A DNA stretch of 64,000 bases, from NCBI GenBank assembly GCA_031259325.1, contig JAIRLM010000025.1:612-64611 (forward strand), given 5' to 3'. The position numbers were made by a program, and so were the translations under genes. The notes under the pieces were generated by a model. The model searched no databases. It was given only the letters and a program-made list of their open reading frames with translations, and was not told the DNA's origin. Source of the DNA: Puniceicoccales bacterium. Lineage in GTDB: Bacteria; Verrucomicrobiota; Verrucomicrobiia; Opitutales; JAIRLM01. Position 1 is the stretch's first letter. Each line of letters opens with the position of its first letter. Shown piece by piece: positions 34,756-44,329 of this stretch.

Positions 34756-35340
34756 CTAAGTTTCATTTACCTCCGCCACTTGCCGACGTTTTTGAAACGG
34801 CATACCCAATGCTTCCAACAATTCGTGGCACTCTTTGTCGCAATCCGCACTGGTCACGAACGTTATATCCATGCCGACGCTTTTGCGCTCCCGATCCACA
34901 CCGACCTCGGGGAAAATGCTATCGTCCTGGATGCCAAGTGTATAGTTCCCACGCCCGTCAAATTTCGCCCGCAGGCCGCGGAAATCACGAATCCTCGGCA
35001 GGGCAACTGAGACAAGCCGGTAGACAAACTCATACATGGCGTCCCCGCGGAGGGTTACCTTGATACCATTGGGAACGCCCGCCCGCAGCTTGAAATTAGA
35101 AATACTTCTCTTGGACAGAACGGTAATCGGCTTTTGCCCGGCGATCAACCCTATCTCCTTCTGCACCTCCTCGATGCGGGACTTGTCGCTCTCGGCGCTG
35201 ATCGCGGAATTGATGATAACTTTAACCAACTTCGGCACGCGGTGTACATTTTTACACACCATACTGCCCAGAAAGTTCTTCGCAATAACGTCCACATAGT
35301 AGCGCTTAAGGGCCGGCATCCTTCGATCTATCGTGTCCAC
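34756..35340 (-). CDS. rplE: 50S ribosomal protein L5
   Basis: GTG at 35340 with GAGGAA 6 nt upstream; an alternative ATG is at 35319. Core ...VKVIINSAISAE...GMDITFVTSA. Confidence 0.95.
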   Translation of the reverse strand: MDTIDRRMPALKRYYVDVIAKNFLGSMVCKNVHRVPKLVKVIINSAISAESDKSRIEEVQKEIGLIAGQKPITVLSKRSISNFKLRAGVPNGIKVTLRGDAMYEFVYRLVSVALPRIRDFRGLRAKFDGRGNYTLGIQDDSIFPEVGVDRERKSVGMDITFVTSADCDKECHELLEALGMPFQKRRQVAEVNET

Positions 35341-35399
35341 GTCAATTCCTCGTCTTTTCGCTCAAACTCACAAACACAAACGCGCCTGTCAACCCGAAA

Positions 35400-35648
35400 T
35401 CATTCACCTTTTGCGGCTCCTTCGACCCTTCGCACATTGGAATAGTGGATGGGCATTTCCCGCTCCAAAATCGCGCCATCCGGGTGATCCGGACACTTGC
35501 GCATGCATTTCTTCCGCACGTTCACGCCGAGGATGGTAACGCGCATGTCTCCGTCTCCGTGCAAGATCTTCAACACCTCGCCGCGCCGGCCCTTGCTCTC
35601 GCCGGAAATCACATCGACCTGGTCGCCAACTTTGATTCTCTGCTTCAT
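35400..35648 (-). CDS. rplX: 50S ribosomal protein L24
   Basis: ATG at 35648 ([28 protein letters not shown]...) shares one nt with the rplN stop (TGATG). The track ORF extends spuriously to 35768. Confidence 0.95.
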   Translation of the reverse strand: MKQRIKVGDQVDVISGESKGRRGEVLKILHGDGDMRVTILGVNVRKKCMRKCPDHPDGAILEREMPIHYSNVRRVEGAAKGE

Positions 35649-36013
35649 CACAAAACCTCCGGTGCCAGTGAAATTATTTTTGTAAACTTTTTTTGGCGCA
35701 GTTCCCTGGCGATGGGGCCAAAAACGCGCGTCCCCTTTGGGTTGCCCTTTTCGTCGATGATGACGCACGCATTTGTGTCGAATCTCAGGTAACTTCCGTC
35801 CATGCGCCGGATGGGAAACTTGGTCCGGACGATAACCGCTTTGGCCACCGAACCCTTCTTAATCGCGGCATCCGGCGTGCTATCCTGAATGGCCACGACG
35901 ATAACATCGCCCACGTGCGCCGTCCGCTTATTTTGCCCGAGCCGGCGGATCATCTTCGCCGATTTTGCCCCGGTGTTATCGGCAACTTCTAAAACGCTCT
36001 CCTGCTGCAACAT
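35648..36013 (-). CDS. rplN: 50S ribosomal protein L14
   Basis: [26 protein letters not shown]... Confidence 0.97.
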   Translation of the reverse strand: MLQQESVLEVADNTGAKSAKMIRRLGQNKRTAHVGDVIVVAIQDSTPDAAIKKGSVAKAVIVRTKFPIRRMDGSYLRFDTNACVIIDEKGNPKGTRVFGPIARELRQKKFTKIISLAPEVL

Positions 36014-36017
36014 GGCA

Positions 36018-36305
36018 TTATCCTCCCACCGAACCCGTCGCAGCCTTCCGCACGATGGACACCACGCGCCACCGCTTCATCTTGCTCAACGGACGAACTT
36101 CGGCGATTTCAACGCCATCGCCCACCTGGCACTCATTTTTTTCATCATGCGCGTGGACGACGGTCTTGCGCTTGACCTCTTTTAAATACTTGGGATGCGG
36201 AACTTTATAGAAATACACCACTTTGATACTCTTGTCCCCGGAGCGGCTAACCACTTCGCCCGTCAGCGACTTGCGCGCCTTCCTCTGCTGCACGTTCGTA
36301 CTCAT
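36018..36305 (-). CDS. rpsQ: 30S ribosomal protein S17
   Basis: ...[45 protein letters not shown]... Confidence 0.96.
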   Translation of the reverse strand: MSTNVQQRKARKSLTGEVVSRSGDKSIKVVYFYKVPHPKYLKEVKRKTVVHAHDEKNECQVGDGVEIAEVRPLSKMKRWRVVSIVRKAATGSVGG

Positions 36306-36514
36306 TTCTGGACCCCACTTTCCACGCCCTGGCGCCGCTGATTCACAACGGTTTGCATGCGCGCTACCGTCCGGCGCAACTGCTTAAACTGGTGCGTCTT
36401 ATCCACCTGCCCGGTTTTCCTCCTAATGCACAGGCGCAAAAGCTGCTGCTGCGTGGATAAAAGCTCCTTATCCAGCGCGCCATCCTCCAATGCCCTAATT
36501 TCCGAAATTTTCAC
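36302..36514 (-). CDS. rpmC: 50S ribosomal protein L29
   Basis: GTG at 36514 with GGAGG 9 nt upstream gives (M)KISEIRALEDGALDKELLSTQQQLLRL... There is no in-frame ATG before the conserved part; the track ORF is open to 36592. Confidence 0.9.
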   Translation of the reverse strand: MKISEIRALEDGALDKELLSTQQQLLRLCIRRKTGQVDKTHQFKQLRRTVARMQTVVNQRRQGVESGVQK

Positions 36515-36539
36515 CGCAAAGTTCCTCCACAAACGCCTC

Positions 36540-36962
36540 TTACGCGTACTCGTCCCGTACCACCAGCCGGCACCCGAATGGCACCTTCGCATCCGCCAAC
36601 CGCATGGCCTCGCGCGCGATGGTTAGCGAAACACCGGACACCTCAAAGAGAATATTCCCCGGGCGAATGACCGCGGCCCAAAATTCCACGCCGCCCTTCC
36701 CTTTGCCCATGCGCGTTTCCGCCGGCTTTTTCGTCACCGGCTTCTGCGGAAAAACCCGCGTCCACATCTTGCCCTTTCGCTTGAGATGCCGATTGATCGC
36801 CACGCGCGCCGCCTCCAACTGGGAAGCGGTCATCAACCCGCGCTCCAGGGCCTGGATGCCAAAATCACCGAAGGTTAACTCCGTGCCGCCCTTGGCATTA
36901 TGCCGGTTACGCCCCTTGTGCACCTTGCGATACTTTGTCTTTGCTGGTAATAATTTTGCCAT
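36540..36962 (-). CDS. rplP: 50S ribosomal protein L16
   Basis: [40 protein letters not shown]... Confidence 0.97.
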   Translation of the reverse strand: MAKLLPAKTKYRKVHKGRNRHNAKGGTELTFGDFGIQALERGLMTASQLEAARVAINRHLKRKGKMWTRVFPQKPVTKKPAETRMGKGKGGVEFWAAVIRPGNILFEVSGVSLTIAREAMRLADAKVPFGCRLVVRDEYA

Positions 36963-36996
36963 AATCGCTCCCCGGCAACCCTCTCACGCCCGATTT

Positions 36997-37638
36997 CTAG
37001 CGGCCTTGGGTCTCCTTTTCCTTTGGCCTGCAAATCCAACATTTTACGCCGATTTTTCCATAGACCGTATCCGCCTCCACCAACGCGTAATCGATGTCCT
37101 CGCGCAGCGTATGAAGCGGCACGCGCCCCACCCGTTGCACCTCCGTGCGCGCAATATCGGCACCGCCCAGACGCCCGGAGCACTGCAGTTTAACCCCTTG
37201 TGCTCCAGCACCCATGGTCACCTGGACCGCCTTCTTTGTGGCACGACGGAAGGAAATGCGCCGCTCCAATTGCTGGGCAACGTTTTCCGCCACCAACTTG
37301 GCCACGAGCTCCGGACGCTTAACCTCTTGAATGTCAATGATTACCGGATGCCCCGTCATCTTCTGCAGCTTCCCGCTGAGCGTGTCCAGGTCATGCCCCC
37401 GGCGGCCAACGACCAACCCGGGCCGGGGCGTGTAGATCTTAATGCGGATCCGACCACCCGCGCGCTCGATGAAAATCTTCGAGACGGATGCATACTTGAG
37501 CGCCTTTTTTAGAAATTGCCGGATGTCAAAATCCTCCTTGAGCCACAGGGGATAGTTCCGCTTGCTGCCGTACCAGCGCGAAACCCAGTCCCGGCGGACG
37601 GGCAATCGGAAGGCGATTGGATTAACTTTTTGTCCCAT
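36997..37638 (-). CDS. rpsC: 30S ribosomal protein S3
   Basis: MGQKVNPIAFRLPVRRDWVSRWY..., KH domain and C-terminal S3 domain. Confidence 0.97.
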   Translation of the reverse strand: MGQKVNPIAFRLPVRRDWVSRWYGSKRNYPLWLKEDFDIRQFLKKALKYASVSKIFIERAGGRIRIKIYTPRPGLVVGRRGHDLDTLSGKLQKMTGHPVIIDIQEVKRPELVAKLVAENVAQQLERRISFRRATKKAVQVTMGAGAQGVKLQCSGRLGGADIARTEVQRVGRVPLHTLREDIDYALVEADTVYGKIGVKCWICRPKEKETQGR

Positions 37639-37987
37639 ACAACTGATCCTCTAAAAATAGATTAACCCGTATGTTGCTCGTACGCTTGCGGATGGGATGG
37701 GCAGATCCACGCGCCGCGGGAATGTGGCGATGAAATGCCGGACCCTCCTCGATTATCACATTATCGATGACAAGCCGGTCTGCGGGAACGCTAAAATTAT
37801 TTTCCGCATTCGCGATCGCACTATCCAAGACTTTCCCGATGAGCCGAGCGGACTTCCGTGGGATAAATTTCAACTTCTGCCGGCCGATGGTGGCCGTCTG
37901 TCCTCTCAAAACACGCGCCACCTGCCGCAATTTAAGCGGTGACATTCGCGCGTGGCGGTGCACCGCCGTGTACATTTTTGATAGCAT
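37622..37987 (-). CDS. rplV: 50S ribosomal protein L22
   Basis: ...ARMSPLKLRQVARVLRGQ...IIEEGPAFHRHIPAARGSAHPIRKRTSNIRV. An alternative ATG is at 37975. Confidence 0.95.
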   Translation of the reverse strand: MLSKMYTAVHRHARMSPLKLRQVARVLRGQTATIGRQKLKFIPRKSARLIGKVLDSAIANAENNFSVPADRLVIDNVIIEEGPAFHRHIPAARGSAHPIRKRTSNIRVNLFLEDQLYGTKS

Positions 37988-38017
37988 AATACCGTGTTCC
38001 CCCTGCGTTTATTCCAT

Positions 38018-38287
38018 TTACTTCTGCGTGTGCGGGTTATGTGCCTTAAAGGTACGCGTCGGCGAAAACTCTCCCAGATGATGCCCCACCATATTTTCCG
38101 TAACGTGCACCGGCACAAATATCTTCCCGTTGTGAACTTCGAAATTTAACCCCACGAAATCGGGTGTGATAACCGACCGCCGGGACCAGGTGCGGATGGG
38201 CTTCCGCGAGGACGTACGCGCCGCCTCACTCACCTTATCCGCCAAACTTGGATCGACGAAAAAACCCTTCTTTGTTGACCGTCCCAT
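38018..38287 (-). CDS. rpsS: 30S ribosomal protein S19
   Basis: [19 protein letters not shown]...[32 protein letters not shown]. Confidence 0.97.
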   Translation of the reverse strand: MGRSTKKGFFVDPSLADKVSEAARTSSRKPIRTWSRRSVITPDFVGLNFEVHNGKIFVPVHVTENMVGHHLGEFSPTRTFKAHNPHTQK

Positions 38288-38293
38288 CGCTGA

Positions 38294-39145
38294 CTAACCC
38301 TTCTTTACTTTTCTTCCGTTGCGACGAATTAGAATTGAGCTATTCGACGGCTTGGAACGCTTTCTCGTTATAAATCCCTTGGCCAGTTGGCCCCAGGGTG
38401 ATACCGGGTGTCCGCCGCCAGATGTGCGACCCTCGCCACCTCCCATTGGGTGATCCACCGGATTCATCGCCACGCCGCGCACCCTCGGCCGCCGCCCCAT
38501 CCAGCGTCTGCGCCCGGCCTTGCCAAGGGACTGCTGGTTGTGCACCGCGTTGCCAACGGAACCCAGCGTCGCCCGGCAGCGCGCATCCACGTAACGAACT
38601 TCGCCGCTCATCAGCCGCAATGTCGCCTTATTGCCTTCTACGGCAAGTAGTTGCACCGATGATCCAGCCGTCCGCGCAAGCTGCGCCCCACGCCCGGGAA
38701 GTAACTCCACGCAATGAATGGGAATGGACAGCGGAACGAGCGACAGCGGCAGGGACATTCCCGTGGCAAAGTCGCGTGGCGAAGCATTTAGGCTCTGCAC
38801 CGAATCCCCGACCTTTAGCCCATCGGGCGCGATGATGTAGCGCTTCTCGCCGTCCGCGTAGGCCAACAGGGCGATTTGAGCGGAACGGTTGGGATCGTAC
38901 TCGATGTGCTGCACCTTCGCCGGGATATCGAATTTATCCCGCTTAAAGTCCACGAAGCGCAATAGCTGCTTATGCCCACCGCCGCGCCGCCTGCTGGTGA
39001 TGCGCCCGTAGCAGTTGCGACCGGCACTCTTCGTCATGCCCCCGCGGGTCAGCGAGCGCTCCGGACGCTTTTTTGCGACATTCTGGCGATTCAACGCCGT
39101 GTAGCGCTGGCTCGGCGTCAGGGGTCTGGATCGAATGATTGTCAT
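38294..39145 (-). CDS. rplB: 50S ribosomal protein L2
   Basis: ...[15 protein letters not shown]...[30 protein letters not shown]. Confidence 0.97.
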   Translation of the reverse strand: MTIIRSRPLTPSQRYTALNRQNVAKKRPERSLTRGGMTKSAGRNCYGRITSRRRGGGHKQLLRFVDFKRDKFDIPAKVQHIEYDPNRSAQIALLAYADGEKRYIIAPDGLKVGDSVQSLNASPRDFATGMSLPLSLVPLSIPIHCVELLPGRGAQLARTAGSSVQLLAVEGNKATLRLMSGEVRYVDARCRATLGSVGNAVHNQQSLGKAGRRRWMGRRPRVRGVAMNPVDHPMGGGEGRTSGGGHPVSPWGQLAKGFITRKRSKPSNSSILIRRNGRKVKKG

Positions 39146-39185
39146 GAAAAATTACCTTTTTTTTTGCCGTTGATTGCCCACATTT

Positions 39186-39482
39186 TTACAAAATTTCAAT
39201 CTTATCCCCATCCCGCAGAAGAACGATGGCCCGCTTGACCGCCGGTTTGCGCGTGATGCCCGTTTTCCGCCGGCCGGCTCGGACGCGTTTTAGTTTCCCT
39301 TGCTGGTTTAACAGATTTACGCGCAACGGTTTGTAGCCAAATTCCCTGGTGATCGCCCGTGCCACATCCACGGCGGAGGCATCTTTGTCCACCGCAAACG
39401 TGTACTGATTAAGATCAGCGGCCAGGCGACTGGCTTTCTCACTGATTTTAAAGTATTTCAAAACACCGTGCCGCGCGTTCAT
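39186..39482 (-). CDS. rplW: 50S ribosomal protein L23
   Basis: ...ISEKASRLAADLNQYTFAVDKDASAVDVARAI...KRAIVLLRDGDKIEIL. Confidence 0.95.
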   Translation of the reverse strand: MNARHGVLKYFKISEKASRLAADLNQYTFAVDKDASAVDVARAITREFGYKPLRVNLLNQQGKLKRVRAGRRKTGITRKPAVKRAIVLLRDGDKIEIL

Positions 39483-39508
39483 TTCTTCGTTCCCCTATTC
39501 CGCTTTGT

Positions 39509-40147
39509 TTAATTTTTGACGTTCACCCGCTCCGCAAGGGTTTCCACAGCCCGCAATGTCATGAATACCTTATTGCAATTAAGTGCGTGCCAAGCATTTA
39601 GCGCCCGCGCATCCACGGCGGCCACGTTCGGAAGATTGCGGAAGGACAGGGCGACATTTTCATCAAAGGACGAGTCCAGGAGCAGCACCGAACCAGAATC
39701 CCCGCCGGGAATTTTGCGCAGAAAATTAAAAAATTCCTTCGTATTTGGCTGGGCACTCGTGGGGAAATCTTCCAAAAGGCAAACGTCCCCGTTTTGCACA
39801 CGGTCAAAAAGTCCACGGGCAAGTGCGATTCTCCGCGCCTTTTTGTTAATTTTCACCGTGTAATCGCGCTTGCGCGGGCCAAAAGTCACACCACCGCCGC
39901 TGCAGATGGGACTACGCCGCTCACCCCGCCTGGCATTTCCAGAACCCTTCTGCCGATAAGGCTTCTTTCCCGTGCCAGCGACCTCCGCGCGAGTCTTGGT
40001 ATGCGCATCTCCTTGGCGGCAATTGTTTTGGTAAGCCAGAACCACGTCGCGCAGGACCACACGCCCCCGATCGCCCTCAAACGTCGGCAGGGAAATCTCC
40101 CGCTCCCCAAGCGGCTCACCGGTCGAGCTATAGCACATCGCCCTCAT
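39509..40147 (-). CDS. rplD: 50S ribosomal protein L4
   Basis: ...VVLAYQNNCRQGDAHTKTRAEVAGTGKKPYRQKGSGNARRGERRSPICSGGGVTFGP. ATG at 40147 overlaps the rplC stop (ATGA); an alternative ATG is at 40138. Confidence 0.95.
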   Translation of the reverse strand: MRAMCYSSTGEPLGEREISLPTFEGDRGRVVLRDVVLAYQNNCRQGDAHTKTRAEVAGTGKKPYRQKGSGNARRGERRSPICSGGGVTFGPRKRDYTVKINKKARRIALARGLFDRVQNGDVCLLEDFPTSAQPNTKEFFNFLRKIPGGDSGSVLLLDSSFDENVALSFRNLPNVAAVDARALNAWHALNCNKVFMTLRAVETLAERVNVKN

Positions 40148-40821
40148 CGCTTACCTTTCTTAGCCGTGCGAATGACGACGAGGCCACCGTTCGGACCCAT
40201 CACACTGCCCTTGACCAAACAAATCTTTTCTTCCAGGCACACCCGAATGACCCGCAGATTTTGCACCGTACGCGCCGCCGTTCCCATGTGACCGGGCATT
40301 TTGCGACCCTTGTAAATCTTCCCCGGTTCTTCGCGATTGCCGTAGGAGCCGCCGCGCCGGTGAAACATGGAGCCGTGGGCGCCAGGACCGCCATCAAAGT
40401 TATGTCGCTTGACCACGCCCTGGAATCCACGCCCCTTCGTAACCCCGCGAACATCAACCAGATCCCCCATTTGCAACTGGGATAAATCAAAAGACTCTCC
40501 CGGAGTATATACGGAAGAGTCATCCACGCGAAACTCTCGCAAGTATTTGTGCGTTGGGAGATTAACCTTGGCGTAGAAACCGCGTATGGGGTTGGTCGTC
40601 CGTTTTGGATTAGCCAATTCCTCGGCGGCAATCTGAACGGCCGAATAACCGTCATTGTCCCGCGTTCGCACGGCCACCACCGGACATGGACACACCTCAA
40701 CGGCGGTAACGGCGACACAGGCACCCGCATCGTCATATACCTGGGTCATGCCTAACTTGCGGCCCATTAAAAATATATCCCTCTTGTTTTCCATGGCTAA
40801 GCGGCAGGAACAACCCTGCAT
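40144..40821 (-). CDS. rplC: 50S ribosomal protein L3
   Basis: ...LMGRKLGMTQVYDD...GVTKGRGFQGVVKRHNFDGGPGAHGS. ATG at 40821 has GGAG 6 nt upstream; alternative ATGs are at 40794 and 40767. Confidence 0.95.
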   Translation of the reverse strand: MQGCSCRLAMENKRDIFLMGRKLGMTQVYDDAGACVAVTAVEVCPCPVVAVRTRDNDGYSAVQIAAEELANPKRTTNPIRGFYAKVNLPTHKYLREFRVDDSSVYTPGESFDLSQLQMGDLVDVRGVTKGRGFQGVVKRHNFDGGPGAHGSMFHRRGGSYGNREEPGKIYKGRKMPGHMGTAARTVQNLRVIRVCLEEKICLVKGSVMGPNGGLVVIRTAKKGKR

Positions 40822-40836
40822 TAGAACTCCCTGTCT

Positions 40837-41166
40837 TTACTGCTGTGATGCGATGACGATTTCAACCCCCGACGGTAAATTAATTTTCTTTAACGCCTCC
40901 ATTGTGTCGGCGCTCGGATCGACGATGTCAATCATCCTTTTGTGAGTTTTTAGCTCAAATTGTTCCGCGGATTTCTTATCCTTGTGCGGTGAACGATTTA
41001 CGGAAAAGCGCTCGATCTCCGTCGGCAGCGGAACCGGGCCCCTCGCATGCGTGCCGGAACGCTTCACCGCATCGACGATTTCCGCCGACGCCTGATCCGC
41101 CAGGCGATTATCAAAGCTGCGCAGCCGAACCCGCAGTATTTGTTCCTTTTTTTTTGCCTCTCCCAT
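40837..41166 (-). CDS. rpsJ: 30S ribosomal protein S10
   Basis: ...LRVRLRSFDNRLADQASAEIVDAVKRSGTHARGPVPLPTEIERFSVNRSPHKDKKS. Confidence 0.97.
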   Translation of the reverse strand: MGEAKKKEQILRVRLRSFDNRLADQASAEIVDAVKRSGTHARGPVPLPTEIERFSVNRSPHKDKKSAEQFELKTHKRMIDIVDPSADTMEALKKINLPSGVEIVIASQQ

Positions 41167-41185
41167 TTCCCTATCCCCGATTTGC

Positions 41186-43333
41186 CTAATTTCTCATCCG
41201 TTTGTTGTAATTTTCCGCTATCTGCGCCAATACATTCGCCGGAACCTGTTCAAAGTGAGAAGGTTCCATGGAGTAAGATGCCCGGCCCTTTGAAAGTGAG
41301 CGAACGTCCGTGGCATAGCCAAACATGGTTTCCAGAGGCACGTGGGCCTTAATCTCATAAAACCCGTGCTTTTCGCCCATGCTCTGAATCTGCCCGCGCC
41401 GGCGGCTCAAATCGCCCATGATATCCCCCTGGTATTCATCCGGCGTCTCCACCTCGACTTGCATAATTGGTTCCAACAGAATGGGTCCCGCCTTCCGCAT
41501 GGCCTCCTTGAATCCAAAGATGCCCGCCATTTTGAAGGCCATTTCCGAGGAATCCACCTCGTGAAAACTACCGTCCACGATGCGTGCGACAAAATCAATG
41601 ACCGGATAGCCCGCAATAACGCCACCCAAAGCGCCCTCGCGGATGCCATCCTCCGTCGGCTTGATGTACTCCTTGGGAATGACGCCGCCGACGATTTCGT
41701 TGATGACGGTGATTCCGCTTCCCCGCTCCGCCGGCTCAACCACCACAACCGCATGGCCATATTGTCCGCGACCACCGGACTGGCGGATAAATTTACCCTC
41801 GCCCTGCGCCTTTTGCGTAACCGTTTCCTTGTAGGCAATGCGCGGTTTCCCGGCCGTTGCGCCGACTTTGAATTCGCGAAACAGACGATCGCGGATAATT
41901 TCCAGGTGCAACTCGCCCATTCCGGCAATTAGAGTCTGCTGGGTTTCCGGATCGGATGTGATGCGAAAGGTCGGGTCTTCCTCGGCAAGGCGTTGCAGGG
42001 CAAGGGATAGCTTCTCCTGGTCCGCCTTGGAATTGGGCTCGATGGACATGTGAATCACCGGCTCCGGGAAGGTCGGCGGCTCCAGCTGCGCGTCCAAAGA
42101 CCGCTCACAGAGGGTATCTCCGGTTACAACGCCCTTAACCCCCACGATGGCGCAAATGTCCCCGGAATAGGCGGCGTCGATGTCCTCCCGCGAATCCGCT
42201 TTCATGATCATGAGACGGCTCACCCGCTCGGTCTTGCGCGTGCGCGGGTTATAAACGGTGTCACCCTTCTCCAGCTTCCCCGAGTAAACACGGCAAAAGA
42301 CGAGCTTTCCGACGTAGGGGTCATACATGAGTTTGAACGCCAGCATGGCCAGCTTGCTCCGGTCGTCGGCCGCGATGCCGATTTCCTCGCCCTCGTCCTT
42401 AAATGCAGTTGTTGGAGGAAGATCAACCGGACTCGGCAGGTAATCCACCACCGCGTCCACCACCATCTGCACGCCCTTATTTTTAAAGGCGCTTCCCGGG
42501 ATCACACCCACGAAATCCAGCGAAATCGTCGCCATGCGTATGGCATGGCGCAGCTCGCTTTCCCCAACGGGTTGCCCCTCAAGATACTTTGCCGCCACCG
42601 CATCGTCAAAGTCGGCCACGGCTTCTATGAGCTGTTGGCGGTATTTCTGCGCAGATTCCTGGTACTCCGTTGGAATTTCCACGTCGTCGAAGCGTAGGCC
42701 ATTTTCGTCGGTCTCGTCGTAAATATAGGCCCGCATGCGAACGAGATCGACCAAACCCTTGAGCTGGTCCTCGGCGCCCATGTTCAAGCAGAGCGGATGT
42801 GCGTTTCCACCGAGCTTTGTGCGGATATCCTCGACGGCACCGAAGAAATCGGCGCCCACCCGGTCCATTTTGTTGATAAAAGCAACCCGCGGCACACGAT
42901 ACTTATTCATCTGCCGCCAAACGGTTTCCGATTGCGGTTGGACTCCAGCCACGGCGCAAAAAACCGCCACGGCACCGTCCAAAACCCGCAGGGAGCGCTC
43001 CACCTCGGCGGTGAAGTCCACGTGCCCTGGGGTATCGATGATATTTATCCGGTGCGGGATGCCGCCGAATGCCCCATATTTGGTCGTCCACCCGCAGGAA
43101 ATTGCCGCGGACGTGATGGTGATTCCCCGTTCCCGCTCCTGCTCCATCCAGTCGGTAACCGCCGTACCCTCATGAACTTCGCCCATTTTATGCACCACGC
43201 CGGTATAAAAAAGAATGCGTTCCGTGGTCGTGGTCTTCCCCGCGTCAATATGAGCCGCAATGCCGATGTTGCGCGTGTGCTCCAACACGGTCTGCCGCTT
43301 GGGGTCATTTTTCTCCGAATTGCTCTGGCTCAT
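41186..43333 (-). CDS. fusA: translation elongation factor G
   Basis: G domain [36 protein letters not shown]; full five-domain length (715 aa). Confidence 0.98.
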   Translation of the reverse strand: MSQSNSEKNDPKRQTVLEHTRNIGIAAHIDAGKTTTTERILFYTGVVHKMGEVHEGTAVTDWMEQERERGITITSAAISCGWTTKYGAFGGIPHRINIIDTPGHVDFTAEVERSLRVLDGAVAVFCAVAGVQPQSETVWRQMNKYRVPRVAFINKMDRVGADFFGAVEDIRTKLGGNAHPLCLNMGAEDQLKGLVDLVRMRAYIYDETDENGLRFDDVEIPTEYQESAQKYRQQLIEAVADFDDAVAAKYLEGQPVGESELRHAIRMATISLDFVGVIPGSAFKNKGVQMVVDAVVDYLPSPVDLPPTTAFKDEGEEIGIAADDRSKLAMLAFKLMYDPYVGKLVFCRVYSGKLEKGDTVYNPRTRKTERVSRLMIMKADSREDIDAAYSGDICAIVGVKGVVTGDTLCERSLDAQLEPPTFPEPVIHMSIEPNSKADQEKLSLALQRLAEEDPTFRITSDPETQQTLIAGMGELHLEIIRDRLFREFKVGATAGKPRIAYKETVTQKAQGEGKFIRQSGGRGQYGHAVVVVEPAERGSGITVINEIVGGVIPKEYIKPTEDGIREGALGGVIAGYPVIDFVARIVDGSFHEVDSSEMAFKMAGIFGFKEAMRKAGPILLEPIMQVEVETPDEYQGDIMGDLSRRRGQIQSMGEKHGFYEIKAHVPLETMFGYATDVRSLSKGRASYSMEPSHFEQVPANVLAQIAENYNKRMRN

Positions 43334-43361
43334 TGTCGTCGTTCCCTTAAAAATACGTCAA

Positions 43362-43835
43362 TTACCAGTGCAAATGGGCAAAAGCGCGGTTGGCTTGGGC
43401 CATCTTGTGCATGTCTTCCCGCTTTTTAACGGCAGCTCCCGTATTATTGTAGGCGTCGATCACCTCCATTGCCAGCGCATCGCTCATGGCCAGACCCTTA
43501 CGACCGTTGGCGCAATTAATCAGCCAGCGAAAGGCGAGCGTCTGCTGCCGGTCGTATGGCACTTCCACGGGCACTTGATAGGTCGCCCCGCCCACACGCC
43601 GGCTCTTCACCTCCAGCTTTGGCTGCACGTTTTCCAAAGCTGCCAGAAGCAACTCCACTGGATCGCCCTTGCCAAGCTTCTCGCTCACACGCTCGATGGC
43701 GCCATACACGATGGTTCGAGCCACGGACTTTTTGCCACAGCGGGTCACCATATTTACCAGGCGGCCAATCAGCACGCTCTGGAACTTCGGATCGGGTACA
43801 ACGGTACGCTTCTCTGCTTTTCGACGGCGCGACAT
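43362..43835 (-). CDS. rpsG: 30S ribosomal protein S7
   Basis: MSRRRKAEKRTVVPDPKFQSVLIGRLVN...AHLHW. Confidence 0.97.
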   Translation of the reverse strand: MSRRRKAEKRTVVPDPKFQSVLIGRLVNMVTRCGKKSVARTIVYGAIERVSEKLGKGDPVELLLAALENVQPKLEVKSRRVGGATYQVPVEVPYDRQQTLAFRWLINCANGRKGLAMSDALAMEVIDAYNNTGAAVKKREDMHKMAQANRAFAHLHW

Positions 43836-43846
43836 AATTCTTTACC

Positions 43847-44227
43847 TCACTTCTTTTTCTTCGCCTGCTTAACACCATACTTGGAGCGACTCCGCCGGCG
43901 TTTTTCAACACCATTGCAATCCAGCGTGCCTCGGACGATGTGATAGCGCACACCGGGCAAGTCCTTCACGCGACCGCCGCGGATGAGAACAATGCTATGC
44001 TCCTGGAGACTATGCCCCTCGTCTGGGATATAGGCAATAATTTCATTCCCATTGGTAAGCCTCACTTTGGCCACCTTACGAATGGCCGAATTAGGCTTTT
44101 TGGGCGTACGCGTGGTTACCTGCACGCAGACACCCCGGCGGAACGGATTCCCACCCAATGCCGGAGCCTTCGACTTCTTCGCGAGCGTCCGGCGCGGACT
44201 TCTAATCAATTGGTTAATTGTCGGCAT
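43847..44227 (-). CDS. rpsL: 30S ribosomal protein S12
   Basis: [13 protein letters not shown]...[20 protein letters not shown]...[20 protein letters not shown]. Confidence 0.98.
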   Translation of the reverse strand: MPTINQLIRSPRRTLAKKSKAPALGGNPFRRGVCVQVTTRTPKKPNSAIRKVAKVRLTNGNEIIAYIPDEGHSLQEHSIVLIRGGRVKDLPGVRYHIVRGTLDCNGVEKRRRSRSKYGVKQAKKKK

Positions 44228-44329
44228 AAATTTTCTTCCACTTCCCCATCACCCGAGCGGAAACCCGCCCACAAATTCCCTGAATGACACCTTCGAAACG
44301 GTAAACTTCACTCTTTTCAATACCTTTTT

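Noticed and set aside
36604-37512. A 302-aa plus-strand ORF spanning rplP and rpsC.
   Set aside because: It is antisense to two ribosomal protein genes, has no motifs, and has a Pro/Arg/Ala-rich composition. It is a shadow ORF.
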